Source of the DNA: Pecten maximus
Lineage: Eukaryota
Length of the DNA stretch: 64,000 bases
Assembly (NCBI RefSeq): GCF_902652985.1
Contig: NC_047016.1
Coordinates: forward strand, 32,302,001-32,366,000
Direction of reading: 5' to 3'
The notes below the pieces were generated by a model. That model saw nothing but the letters and a program-made list of their open reading frames with translations. It was not told where the DNA came from and searched no databases. Below, in pieces: positions 26,301 through 39,438 of the stretch. Within the stretch, counting starts at the first letter, position 1, and each line of letters starts with the position of its first letter. Both the position numbers and the translations under genes were made by a program.

Positions 26301-26850
26301 CTTGTTTGTAAACAAATACACTGTCTATTATTGTTTGAATATTATAAATGTAAACACGTTCTTAACCTAACTCCCATACGTCGCTGTAAGGCCTTTAACT
26401 CGTCTATAATTCCGTTCTGACATGGAACTCATTTCTGGTTATTATTTGACATTTGTTAATTCATATTCATTTCTTACACAAACTTTTTTTCTCTCATTTA
26501 CCTAAATAACGTTTTTGTTATATTTTTTATTTAAAACCAAACCAACATCATGTACACCTACTAAACGAATGATTATACTGTAATCGTACACATTTTAAGA
26601 GTATACTTACCTCGGTGCTGATTACATTTTCTATACACAATTCCTTGAACATGTATGTTATTGGCGTGCTAATTCATCATCGCGCTGATCTGTTCAAAAT
26701 TTGCTAGGTCGCCAAAATGAGTACGTTCAGAGTAAACACGGTAAAACAAAACCGCCTTTCACAGAATGTAACATTTCGTTTTTCATCGTATCAGTTTTTG
26801 TATAACTCCCCTTTTGTGTATGTCTTTACTTTTTTATAACAGTAAACAAC

Positions 26851-27096
26851 ATGGTCCGTTTTGTTCTTCAATCACTTCTAGTTGTCCTGTGTGTCTGTGT
26901 GACGTTTGTCTTTGCTGACTACTCAGGATACGGCCACAATGGATATGAGAAAGGAGGCGGACAACACAATATTTTATTTAAGTTCTGTACGGCCAGGGCC
27001 GTTATTACCAATATTTAAACCCATCTTCCTATCATGAGTTTAATTAACATTGTAGTACTTTTGATTTGAACAGCGGCAACGGCTCCACTGTTCTCT
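26851..27096 (+). pseudogene. Gly/Tyr-rich family member A, frameshifted
   Basis: Acceptor ataacag|taaacaacATG; MVRFVLQSLLVVLCVCVTFVFA-DYSGYGHNGYEKGGG, stop at 27018 after 55 aa; a shifted frame gives LYGQGRYYQYLNPSSY and later DLNSGNGSTVL|gtaaat, like the exon ends of the paralogs. Confidence 0.6.
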
Positions 27097-28589
27097 GTAA
27101 ATATATGAGGTGGTTAGTAACTTAACACATACTTAAACGTGCTTGATTAATGTAAAAAAAAAAAAAATTATATTTTAATATCTGCTTCCGAAATGGTCTC
27201 TCATTTTGTTTAATTTTTATATTCACAAATAATTGTTTTACTTTGCCGAGTACTTATAGCAATGTATATCTATAACACTAATATTTATGTGTGTAACCAG
27301 GCTAAGGTTTGTGCTCTTATAATCAACATTTGGGCCACGATCGCTCAGCAAGTCGACATTCGACATTCGACCAATGGGCGCCGTTATAATTGTGTCTCTT
27401 GGTAAGAAGATTTTTTATTTATTTTTTATATATGCATGCGACACATGTTGTTCAGAGAAGAAGGCAATATCATTTTCGCTAACCAGTAGTGTTGAATACA
27501 ATTTGTTTTTTGAATGTGTTCAATACAATGCTCTCCTTTACCAATGAAGATACAATGTACTAAAACTAGACCCAATCTTAACATGCCCCTGGCTGTTCAC
27601 AGGGCGATTAATACTGCAGTCAATATTTCACAGTCATAAGTTTAAATACATCAGTATTTCTCTAAAAAATATCAATGCTATTTGTTAGGAAGAATGAGAA
27701 ACATAATATTAGTTGAAAGGAAATTATGCTTAAGAGTTTATCAATAAAAACAAAGCGACATATTAAAGAATATGTTTGTTCATACTTTAATTTTGAGTTA
27801 GAAGTATGTTTTTTGTATTCTCTTCTGTAATTCTAGCTAAAAATCGATAGAAGAGGGCAAATATACATAGACGTTAAATATATTTGCTCGGAGACCCTTG
27901 AAAAAGGGAGAGCGCCTTCTGCTACATGCACGACAACCGTCGCACAAATCTAAGTTTAAACTGGGTTAAGTCACATTCTCAAAACAAAAAAACAAGGTGA
28001 TGACAATGGAACCACTAGGGCATTCCACAAGCATGAATGGGCAAATTTAAAAGTATATAATAATCCTGATGGAATATACCCATTTCAATTTGTATAAGCC
28101 TTTCTATTAGTTGTCCTCCCAGTGGGCATGTTATCATTAAAATCAACATATTTACGTCTGAAGGCCACCACGTTTGTACCAGGAAGTTGTCGTTCCCGCT
28201 GGCAATCACGTTCGTCAATGTAGGTCTTCTGTCACCTATAGAAAATGAGGCTAAATTGCCAGCAATCTAGACAAACGTGTGGTCTTTGAAACTTCGCCGC
28301 TGTGTGTTAGTTTAACTAAGATCTTCATACTGATATAGATCATTTTAAAAAGACTGTAAATTGTAACTTTGTTAATTAAAAGATTCGGTGAAAATAATGT
28401 GTACCCTATTTATAATATCCCAGTGTACGAACGTACAAGAAAGGTTTGTATTAACCATGTATGCATATACCAGACTAAAAAATATTAAATTGGATTGTAC
28501 TGTATTCCCTACACACAACAGTGTGTTAGTTATACCATTTACAAAATAATGTCATTTACTTCATTGATAATGTAAAATAAGGTATATCA

Positions 28590-29200
28590 TATACCATAGA
28601 AAATAAATTGTAATTTATGCTTTCCAGAATTTTTTTTTAATAGATACCATACAGAAAATAAATTGAAATTAATACCATACAGAAATAAATCGTAATCAAT
28701 ACCATACAGAAAATAAGTCATAATTGTTACCAAACAGAAATAAATTCTATTTAATATCATACAATAAATAAATTGAAATTAATATCACGAAGAAAATAAA
28801 TTGTAATTGATATCATAAGGAAAATAAATTTCAATTGACACCATACAGAAAGAAATTGTAATTTACACCATACAGAAAATAAATTTGAAATTATACCATA
28901 CAGATAATAGATTATCAGTGATACCATACTGAAAATAAATAGTGATTAATTGTATTCACTAACAAATTGCAATAATAAAATCACACTGAAAAATTGTAAT
29001 TGATATCATACAAAAACTATATTGTATTTGATACCATACAGAAAATATATTGTACATGTAATTGATATCATACAGAAAATATTTTAAATTAATATCACAC
29101 TGAAAAATTGTAATATATATCATACAGAAAATATATCATATTTGATACCATATAAAAGAAAATATATTGTATTTGTTACCATACAGAAAATATATTGTAA
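28590..29200. repeat. About 28-bp AT-rich satellite (ATACCATACAGAAAATAAATTGTAATTG)
   Basis: About 20 diverged tandem units ending in a 14-bp stem-loop. Confidence 0.88.
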
Positions 29201-30744
29201 TCGATATGTCAAGAGTCTTTACGTCTTTGACATATCGATTGATTTTAGATTAATTTCACTTTTTTTTCATTTACATGACGGTAATTTGTATAATCACGTA
29301 ACCATATTCACGAAGAAATAAACAAAAACCCACAAATCGTTTTCCCTCTAGTTCAGACACAACAGAGACACGTCTCATATGAATAAGGTCATTTTACGAT
29401 AATGTTGCTGCACAATCGTTAAAAATGTGATATTGTAGAAAGGCGTGTTGTTTGTTGAAATAAATTTATGATTTTACATTCTTATTTTCAAACAAAAAGC
29501 TAGATATCAGATCCTTAAATTAATTGTTTTGGACTACAACGGGGAGGAAATTATGTCGGTGCGCTCAAAAGTGTTTTATAGGTATCGTTTTTAAAGCAGC
29601 GTCCCGCAGACTAACTTATATGTTTCTGTCAATAAACACTGTTCAGTGGCCTGTTCGTTGATGCGGACAAACCGGTTTGTCAAATTTTTATTGCAACATT
29701 TCTTGCATAAATTTTGATAGACCTGCAAGTATTAATACAGGCCTTTTTGTGTTTGAAATTGTCGAGTATGACTCTAGGATATAAGATAAATTGTAATATA
29801 ACCAATTTGGTGACCATTTTTATGTTTTGAGAATTGATGCCTGATCATAGCTGTCTGACTTACCTAATTTACGAAACAACCGGAATCCACATTTCTCTCT
29901 CTTTCTCTTTCTTTCTTTCTTTCTTTATTTCAAACATTGTTAAATTATATATTCATATAGAGTTTCTTGTTTAAATGATTGAAGGTATATGAAATCCATC
30001 CACCATCTCGATACATTTGTATCAATTTTCCTAATACATTTGTATCTTTTCTGATTACTTAGGACTCCGTTAGGTTTAAAAGTTGAGTCCAAACACATCT
30101 GAATTAAGAGTGTTACATCGTTGACTACGAGCAAAGATCGATTGAAAACAGCCTATAATGTTGGAGTTGATTAGATAAACTCTAATGAAAGACAAATTAT
30201 TTCTGTTAATACAGACAATTTTAGGCCCTTGGTACCACTGACGAGCCCCCGAAGGATGAAAACGTTGTTTAATGCTAGAGAGGTTATCTTTCGAATATAA
30301 GATTTTACACTGAAAATATAGTTGATACCTTTCTAGGAATGACGAGCTCTAGCTCATGTTTGGTCAGAAGCATAGTATGGCGAAGGTGAACCAATTTTGT
30401 ATAAATGATAAGTCTGGCCCCCTGAGGCCTTAGGGGCGGGGCCCCAATAACAAAGTATTTCAAATTCTTTGAAAATCTTCTGTTTGATTGACAGTATTCG
30501 GTCTTAATGTATTCTAAATCATCCATAAGTAAAGGGAATTCAATTATATATAATAACCTCTATGTAAGTATTGGTCTGTAACTGTCTGTCTGCGGACCTT
30601 GGGGGTAGGGGCGCAATTCAGGAAGTTTTACATATTCTTTTATAAAAAAAAAAACTCTGAATGACTGACAGGATTTTTTTTTCGCGGGAGCCCCAAAGGG
30701 ATGATAAATATGTACCAGTGCCTACTTAACACATTTACAGCGAC

Positions 30745-31450
30745 TTATAAAGTTTTGAATATTTTCATTATACTGTTCGGCATATCAGGGTTACCATAAA
30801 GTAAAACATTAGCATGGTAGACTGGAGGTAGGTTTCTAAAACATTCCATTCTTATATACTGGTAGTTAGAACACTGCAGAAGGAAGTGTTCTATAGCCTC
30901 ATCAGATTGGTTACGTGAACACAGAGGAATGTTTACAATATTACGAGGGTATAAATAATTGTTTAGAGAGCTGTAATGTGTCCTAAGTCGTACGTAGTGC
31001 AATCTGACAGTGTCAAGTTTTACAATGATAATAGTATAGGTGGAAATTGGGGTATCACCGTTAAGGATTTTTTTAAAGACTAGTAATAGACGGATTACAT
31101 TTTATGACATTGGGGAGTGCGTTCCATATATATGTCAACAGAAGGGGGTAGGGAAGAGTCTTTATGGAGATTAGCTTGGCATGGAAGTTAATAGCTTTAA
31201 AGGTTCGGCTCTTATTGTGTTATAGGAGTGAATGTTAGTTAGGCTTCAAGCTGAATGCATTTTAATAACTGACATTGGCCTAATGTTATATTATCCCAGA
31301 CAATATCTTCATATTCTAGTAAAGGTCTTGAGGTTTGAAGAGATTTTCTATCAATGCTAAAGAGATTTCTTAGAAAACAAAGTTCTTTTTAGATTTACTA
31401 ATAAGATGCTGTAAATGATCAGTCCAATTTCCGTTGGCTGATAGAGTGAT
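30745..31450 (-). mobile_element. Decayed 3' fragment of a non-LTR retrotransposon ORF2 (CR1/L2 group)
   Basis: Minus-strand remnants WTDHLQHLISKSKK, RPLLEYEDIVWDN, and C-terminal HYVRLRTHYSSLNNYLY...PLCS...EAIEHFLLQCSNY; frameshifts and stops. Confidence 0.8.
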
Positions 31451-32863
31451 ACGTAGGTGTTTATTACACGTGACTTCCGTTAATGCGATATTGTTCGTAA
31501 ACAAGGAGCGATGAATCGGTGTTTTTTTTTCGCTTACAGTCATTGTTGCGGGTTTTAAATGGTTTAAGTGAACAAGCCATGTGTTTGACCATTTGTTAGT
31601 TTTGTAAGTTTGTCATTTAAAAGATCAGCGCTCAGATCCGGGATTCCGCTATGGCATACGGGGATGTGTCATTCGTAAATTATCTAATGATGCAAATGAT
31701 ATTACTAACAATGCCGTTGATGATCCTTGAGGAACAGCTGCAGTTACATAGGCTAAATGGAATTGTCTACCATTAACTACAACACGTTGACAACAATTAT
31801 TAATTTAATTTGAGAACCAACTAAAGATATTTCCGGTTATACCGAAAGATTTGAATTTGGACAGAAGACCTCGACGCCGAATCCGGTCAAGCGCTTTACT
31901 TATGTCATAGAATACCAATTTCGCTACCTTTATCAATGTAAGAAAATTGGTACCTTTGATAGAGTATACATGTATATATTAGTACGATATACAAAGTAGA
32001 CCAAAACTGTACCATAAAGCTGTTTCGTCCTTCTAGGAAGTAAAAACTATATATAGGAATCAGGAAGAGAAGACGAAAACAGCGATGGCCTTAGCAGATG
32101 TTAAAATACACTAGAGGAGGTACTTTGTAAGTTTCAATTTTTGTTTCATTCGACAGTTGTTTCAGAAAACATGAAACGTGTGTGTATTTAAACTAGTGCC
32201 ACTATTTATAAGGATATGATATAATCCGCACTTGTCATTTGAAAAATAGACCACAACCTTTATATTTGTTTATTATATATCACGGACGCCCTATTACAAA
32301 TATGTAGAGTTCCGTACGGTTTTTAAAAATGAAAGACACATATTTTTATAATAACTCAAATAATTTATTTCAAAAATACATAACATCACAAAATATAAAA
32401 CGGGGCATTTGGTGACACATATGACGGTTTGGTCCTCTTGCGTTAAAAGCTGAAATGATAAATAATTATATTACAATAATAAAAAAAATGAATATATAGA
32501 TCGGTGAAATTGATAGATAGGTAAATAAATGAATATAATTGATTGTTATCGATAAACCTTCAACCTTTTCATTAGAATATCTCATAAGGAGTATAATCAT
32601 TATTTTACAACAGAAATAGGTAAAATATGGTGTAGAACATATGCTTATGCAAATACTTACAAATATATTTATTGCAACAACATGAATCTTGATTATAAAA
32701 AAGTGAAAAAGTAGTTCATATCATTTATCTTCGGATCAGTGTTTATATGTATGAAAAAATTATATTCTAGGTACATGCATATGGCATTTAAGACATACAC
32801 TTACAAGTGGAGTTTGATACTTACATATATATACAAAGATAGTGTTGTTCTATTCCATCTTGT

Positions 32864-33583
32864 TTAACCGATTCTGCTACTGGCGCCGGTGGCAAGCAGC
32901 CACAGGAGGAATCCAAAGCCAACTGCAAGGACAAGAATAACACTATGTAGCATCGTCGCATTAAGAGAAAGTACCTTTCACAGTGGAGTATTTGTACATT
33001 AGAAATCAAATGCATGTATAACTTACCATGCGTCGTGTTTTTATTGCTTTAAATGTAACTTGATATTTTTCATAATTTATTTTGATATTTTCCTTAATAA
33101 TGACACATTTTACAGAAAACAGTGTCATTAAAGACTTTCAAAATTTGCTTTGGATTATAAAATTTCTTATCAATACTTACTGACGGCCCAGAGGGAGTCT
33201 CTGTTGGTACCGCCATACAGTCCATTTTGGTCTAGGCCAAGGGGTGGAGCGATTGGCGGAACGCTTATGCCATACGGTACGTTCATGGCATAAGCGCTCC
33301 CACCGTATCCTCCTCCGCTCCCACCGTATCCTCCTCCACTCCCACCGTATCCACTATATCCGCCTTTCCCTCCGTACCCTTGCATCCCGGTATATCCCTG
33401 GCCGTATCCCTGCATCCCGCCATAGCCCTGGTCGTAGTAACCCTGTCCACCATATCCACCACTGTACATTCCACCGTAGCCGCCATAGCTACTATACCCG
33501 CTGTATCCACCATCACACGTGACCATCGAGAACAATCCACAGAGGATCGCCCCGGAGGCGATTGCTATAAGTAGCAAACGCAT
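32864..33583 (-). CDS. Gly/Tyr-rich protein B with signal peptide and C-terminal hydrophobic anchor; join(33583..33181,32922..32864), 153 aa
   Basis: MRLLLIAIASGAILCGLFSMVTC-DGGYSGY...VPPIAPP...RDSLWAV|IGFGFLLWLLATGASSRIG*; donor gtaagt at 33180, acceptor ccttgcag at 32923; 3'UTR intron 32824-32450; AATAAA near 32368. Confidence 0.88.
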
Positions 33584-33945
33584 CTCGTGACCTGCGATGT
33601 AATTTATAAGACATTATAAAAAAAAGAAAATATTTGTTTGAATAATGAAAGTAAATATTTTGCATTAGTTTTGTTGTTATTTTGACAATAAAATATATTG
33701 TTACGAATATGCTATGATCATGTAATAACATGTTCACGCGTGTTAAGTTTACACTCTTGAGCTATAATGATAAAATCTCAGTAACTTGGAACTAAGTGTC
33801 GTTTCAATATTAACCACGATAAGATCGTTTCAATAAAAAATATCTCAAGAGATGAAATAGACATTTGAATAATAATTAGCATTATTTACACACCAATAAT
33901 AAACTATTGTATGACTGGGTTTATAAGAGGTATATAAACTATTGT

Positions 33946-34529
33946 ATGACTGGGTTTATAAGAGGTATACACCGTTACTTACCCCTACGATACAGGACCC
34001 TGACTGCTAGATGAGGATATGACTGGGTTTATAAGAGGTAAACACCGTTACTTACCCCTACGATACAGGACCGTGACTGCTAGATGAGGATATGACTGGG
34101 TTTATAAGAGGTCTACACCGTTACTTACCCCTACGATACAGGACCCTGACTGCTAGATGAGGATATGACTGGGTTTATAAGAGGTATACACCGTTACTTA
34201 CCCCTACGATACAGGACCCTGACTGCTAGATGAGGATATGACTGGGTTTATAAGAGGTATACACCGTTACTTACCCCTACGATACAGGACCCTGACTGCT
34301 AGATGAGGATATGACTGGGTTTATAAGAGGTAAACACCGTTACTTACCCCTACGATACAGGACCCTGACTGCTAGATGAGGATATGACTGGGTTTATAAG
34401 AGGTATACACCGTTACTTACCCCTACGATACAGGACCGTGACTGCTAGGTGAGGATATGACTGGGTTTATAAGAGGTATACACCGTTACTTACCCCTACG
34501 ATACAGGACCCTGACTGCTAGATGAGGAT
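33946..34529. repeat. 8 x 73-bp near-perfect tandem repeat containing the exon-1 splice donor of gene B
   Basis: Unit starts at 33946, 34019 ... 34457; minus strand atcctcatctagcagtcagggtcctgtatcgtaggg|GTAAGTaacggtgtatacctcttataaacccagtcat. Confidence 0.95.
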
Positions 34530-34583
34530 CCCGTCCTGTTGAGGGATTCTGATTTACTTGATGTGGAGGTCGTACGTTTTATA
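34494..34583 (-). promoter_or_regulatory. TATA box and non-coding exon 1 of gene B
   Basis: TATAAAA at 34583-34577, Inr-like atcaga about 30 nt downstream, donor gtaagt at 34493; acceptor cgcag at 33592 precedes the ATG. Confidence 0.7.
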
Positions 34584-36420
34584 CTCTGACCTTAAACCAT
34601 TTCATGCAGGATGAAACTGAACAACTTCCTCCTGGTGTATCATCTACCCCCAAGGGCTCATCTTGTCCATCCGTCATCTCTGGGACCATCCGAACTCCTC
34701 ATATAGTTACTTCAACTCTTGACCTAAATTATTTCCTTGGTAACAGCTAAGCGTGCGTGTTAAGGAGGCGGGACTTAGCTACACTGGAAGATTGATTGTA
34801 TAGTTAATAGACAGAAAGACAGAGTGTGTGGTGGAATACACAAGGGCATAGCTTTATTCTATTGATATGATATAGGTAATCATATTTTGATAATCAATGA
34901 ATTACTGTCCAATGAAAGCATATAATGTTAATAATTACCGCAAATTTACAACTATTCTGTTGCATATATTATCGGGTTGAATGTGACAAAGTATTAACCG
35001 TTGCTGGTTGGTAACTTCCTACGTCATGTTCTTAAGCTTCAAGTATCTTTGATAACGCAGTGATTTAATTCAACATATTCAAATGATATTCAATACTAGT
35101 ATATCAAAGGGTTACGTACAAGTTCGTACAACTTACAAAGCCTTTCCCAAACTTTACAATACACAAAAAACAAAAGATAGCACTTGGTGATACAATTGTA
35201 AACAAATACAAGTACTCACTATAAATATTAATATTCTTCCTACTGTAGAAAAGAAAAGAAGGCGCTGGAACTGGAGAATAATAAGAACGGGTTGCTCTGG
35301 TTGCCTAGGTTGTCCTCTAATTAGTTTCGAAACTTTCTGCTGATTTAAAGAACCTACAGTCAGTATGATCAATTTGACAATAAGCTAAATCATCAATACT
35401 TCGTTTATGACTATTCAGTTTTTTGTTATGTTAAATTTTGTTTTTGTTTTGTTTTTGTTTTTTTTCATGCCCCGCATCCTCCCATTGAAGTCCGTCGATT
35501 TACAGTTCAGACGCAACGGCAGTGACAGTTTTGTTTTTACTATATAAATTCAGCACACGCCGAAGGTTTTAATCAAAAACATATTTAACACTTTAACACA
35601 ACAGCTGAAATTGCTGATAAAGTTGCGTTTGATTTCTTTTTGTCAGTCACAGAGTCATTAGAATACGACATCAAGGACTTTATCACATATTCCCATACTG
35701 TATTAACGCACAAGCTTTTTTTTCATCTCTTGAAAATATAATTAAATTAAAATTCTTTGAGTTCCCCTTGATTATCACATTTGTTTTTACTCGTATTGCC
35801 GAATATACCAATGTTTCACCCTTTACACTCGTAGAAAACATAATTATCTTTTCATATTTCAAGAGATATATAACAAACTGTTTAATAAGATATCGTTAGG
35901 TAACTAGTCGGAAAACATAATTTTTTTTTTCTGACATATATATTATGCACGGGAATTACCTCCACATGGATCTTAATCTTGATCTTTAATGACAAGATAA
36001 CTACACAATTGTTGTATAAAGGACATTTAAGTGGCTGTGAGGGACTATAATGATAATATTTATACTGATTATGTTTGCTTTTTGTTCTGCCTTAACGTAA
36101 TTCAAATATTGTTGTTTACATATTTTATCAATACAACAATCTTAATGTCACATATCACATCTAGTCATCTATCACGTGGATTATACCACAAAAACAAAAA
36201 CTGATTTAATGTCAACCATTGGTTGTTTTACACCTTTGATAATGGACCACTATACGTATATACATAATAGCATCGTATTTGGTCTCACGGCCTGATAATC
36301 GAACTTGTCACGAACGACTGATTGGTCAGTAAAATGATGGATTATCGGACACAGGAAGGGCTACGCATGGAAATAACAGGAAACTGGTTGACCTAGTTGT
36401 CCGCATCCTCAGGGCCGCCA

Positions 36421-36488
36421 TATAAAAGGTCGGTTCTGGCATAGAACAGGGTATCCTTTACAGGCCGGTCTCCACCAAAGGATCACAG
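36421..36488 (+). promoter_or_regulatory. TATA box and non-coding exon 1 of gene C
   Basis: TATAAAAGG at 36421, then about 60 nt to cacag|gtacat at 36489. Confidence 0.7.
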
Positions 36489-36749
36489 GTACATGTACAT
36501 TATACTATCTATAGCGGTTGAATTGTCTTTTCTTTACAGAGTACTAATAACTATAAAATGATAAAAAGTAATGCAATTAATAATTGAAAGAGGTATACGT
36601 GTAATTATTTTTACCTTATGGCGAAATATCCTTTTCGGAACTATAACACAGAACTGTTATGCGTTATGACCAAAACTCCGAAATACAATACAAACTTGTA
36701 TAATGTTTAACTTTTCTATCTCATAATTCTTTTGATAACAGTTTTCAAC

Positions 36750-37908
36750 ATGAGGTTCGCTTGTGCGGTTCTCGCCTCACTGGCCTGCCTCTCGGTAGCG
36801 ATGGGTGACGGTTACGGAGGTTCCTATTATACGGGCCAGAACATGTAAGTAAACAAAAGTAGGATCTCTTGTAAAGTTTAGAAATACTGAAATATCATGA
36901 TTTCCTATTACTGTTATAACAATATCGTCTTATTTTATATGTTAATGGTTTATTATATATATGACCGTCTATAATACAGAAACATTATCCCCATCATTTG
37001 AAGTATATATTCAACAATTTACTAAAAGTGGTGTTGTTTTTTTATATTTGTATCATCGAATGATGTATATTTTGTTGCTCATTCGTAACATTTGGCTGAT
37101 CTTTGAAAAGAAAATCAGAGTGAGGGGAAACAGATGAATAGCACTTATTAAAAATAGACAGGAACAAGGCTTCGTGTGTTGTTTTTGATTACAGTTAAAT
37201 GTGATTATAACGAATTCAACGGGCTCAGAAAAAATAAGTTTGAAATCAATCCGGGATTTTAATTTACTGCTAATAAGAAGAATTCGTATCAAGCCTGTTT
37301 GTTTATGGGAAGTGTTGCTGTATTTTATCAATAGGTACAATGGTTACGGAAAGGGAGGTATGGCTCCGGTCTATAATTACGGCGGATACGGTGGATATGG
37401 AAAAGGAGGAGGCTACAGCGGATACGGTGGAAGTGGTGGCGGATATGGGGGCGGATATGGTGGTTATCCAACACTACTTTACCCTGTTGCCTCCCCAGAA
37501 CCAGCTGATATCCCGTTGGGAGCCCTTGGAGGACTGTACGGCGGCGGCGGTGGCGGCGGCTACGGAGGAGGAGGAGGATTATTTAGCGGCGATGGGAGCC
37601 TACTTCTTCTTTTGGGAGGTAAGTACTGGTACAAGGCATATACTCGTCCGCAATGCTATCCCATATTTCATGCATTCAATGCTAATTTATAACAATAAAA
37701 CCACAATGTAAGAAAATTATTTTCCTTTCTCGCCACCGTAGTATTCTACCATAGTGCTGGATATGTAATCAAGAAAATGTTGTATTGCTTCAGTAATTAT
37801 ATTTACTTGTATGTGTTTAAACGTTAACATAATATGTAATATGTCGTTTTGGCTTGATTTTCAGGAGCTATACTGCTAATGGCTCTCTTGTCCAACAACA
37901 CTGGATAG
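36750..37908 (+). CDS. Gly/Tyr-rich protein C; join(36750..36844,37335..37618,37865..37908), 140 aa
   Basis: MRFACAVLASLACLSVAMG-DGYGGSYYTGQNM|YNGYGKGG...YPVASPEPADIP...DGSLLLLLG|GAILLMALLSNNTG*; all junctions GT-AG and in phase; 3'UTR intron 37941-38382. Confidence 0.88.
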
Positions 37909-39136
37909 ACAAACACAACGGGAGACATATTTGTATATAGGTAAGTTATTTTTCTGATACCATGTCAGACATATACGTTAATACTTGAGTTGACCTCTCT
38001 TGTCGTCATTATGCAATGTGGCATACTCTAGATTTGACATAGATTTACATGGGATGTCGTTGATTAAATCTTTCCGAAACACCAGCTTTTGTTCTAATTA
38101 GTTTTTTTCCAATTACCTCATTGCTAAGTATGTATTTTTTTATCGACTTTGAGTTATATTTCCGATTTCAAGTCTATATCATTTATTCACAGTTGGTTTC
38201 GTTTTAATCATTTCATTTTATGTCGAATATATGAATTGCTTCTTTTATCGATACCACTTTATATATTATGATCAGCTTTACAGATACTTGCAGCTTATGT
38301 ATTTCTTAATGCGCAATGTATCAATTTGCATTTATAATCAAATCTTGCCTATCTAATATATATATATTTTACTTATTTATAGGTTTTCGCGCAAGAGGTC
38401 AAACACGTCATTTACAGTTAATACCAAAAACCCCTGTGTATTTTTGTCATTAAATTATTCTTCGTTGATACCATCAAATTTGTGTTTTGTTGTTGCTGTA
38501 GTCACAGAAGTCTTTCACCAAACATATTTTCAAGCTTCAAACACAGGACAAAAAAGAACTTCACGAAGTATTTGTCTTTCTTAAGTCCTTTCTCAAAATC
38601 GGAAAACAGTTTAAATAACAGACTCGAATGAATGCATTACCGTCATTCAGGAAAAAACTTTGTATTCATTTTGCAATGCAAAATATAGATCAATATGTAA
38701 TACAATGTATAGCAGGTTTGTACATCTGTTATCTGTGGACCACTTGTACCGAAATATAACCAGTTTGTAAATTATGGTATAAAATAGCTGTTACAGAGAG
38801 CAAAATACCAGCGTGTATTCTTAAATGGTAACACAATCTAAACGAATTTAGATGTGGTATTTTACAAGATAACGTTAGTTCTCGGAGGATCGCCAAGGGA
38901 GTGTATAAAAACACAGAGTTCAGTATAACACCACAACGTGATAAGATTGACGCATTATTTAAAGTACAACATTATAACATATTATATACACTAATGATTA
39001 ATATATAACTACATCATACGGCTGTTTGTCCTTAATAAGTCTTAGCAATGGAAAAAAACAGAAATAAACAAAATCAAAAACAAAACAAAAAACCAAAACA
39101 AAACCTACGACATGTTTTTGTAAGTATCCACGTATA

Positions 39137-39438
39137 TTATTATAAAAATCATTATATGACTACACTATTTACCAAACGCTGATTGGTATAAACAGTCCGC
39201 ACAGGTTTATGTTAGATGCGATATTAAACAGCAATGACGACAATTTGCACTAGAGGGTAATATTGAAATCCAAAAACCCCGCCGTGAGCCTCGCAGGTTA
39301 ATAACTGAATCCAAAACACCCGCTGTAAAACGGTTATCAACTTCTTTCATGTGGAAACGAGGATTTATCAACCTGAGAAAGTCCGGTCTCGGGAAATATC
39401 ACTTTCTCAGGTTGATAAATCCTCGTATTCACCTGAAC
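39137..39438 (-). mobile_element. Short hairpin-ended non-autonomous element (architecture like 9831-11170, opposite orientation)
   Basis: 26-bp perfect inverted repeat 39357-39382/39401-39426 with imperfect extension; ctgattgg near the other end mirrors ccaatcag near 11020. Confidence 0.55.

Noticed and set aside
30238-30270. Hammerhead-ribozyme-like ctgacga-gcccccgaaggat-gaaa
   Set aside because: Stem II mismatched, no convincing stem I or valid cleavage triplet; at best a decayed relic.
33946-34529. CRISPR-like regular array
   Set aside because: Head-to-tail identical units without unique spacers, no cas genes, eukaryotic context.
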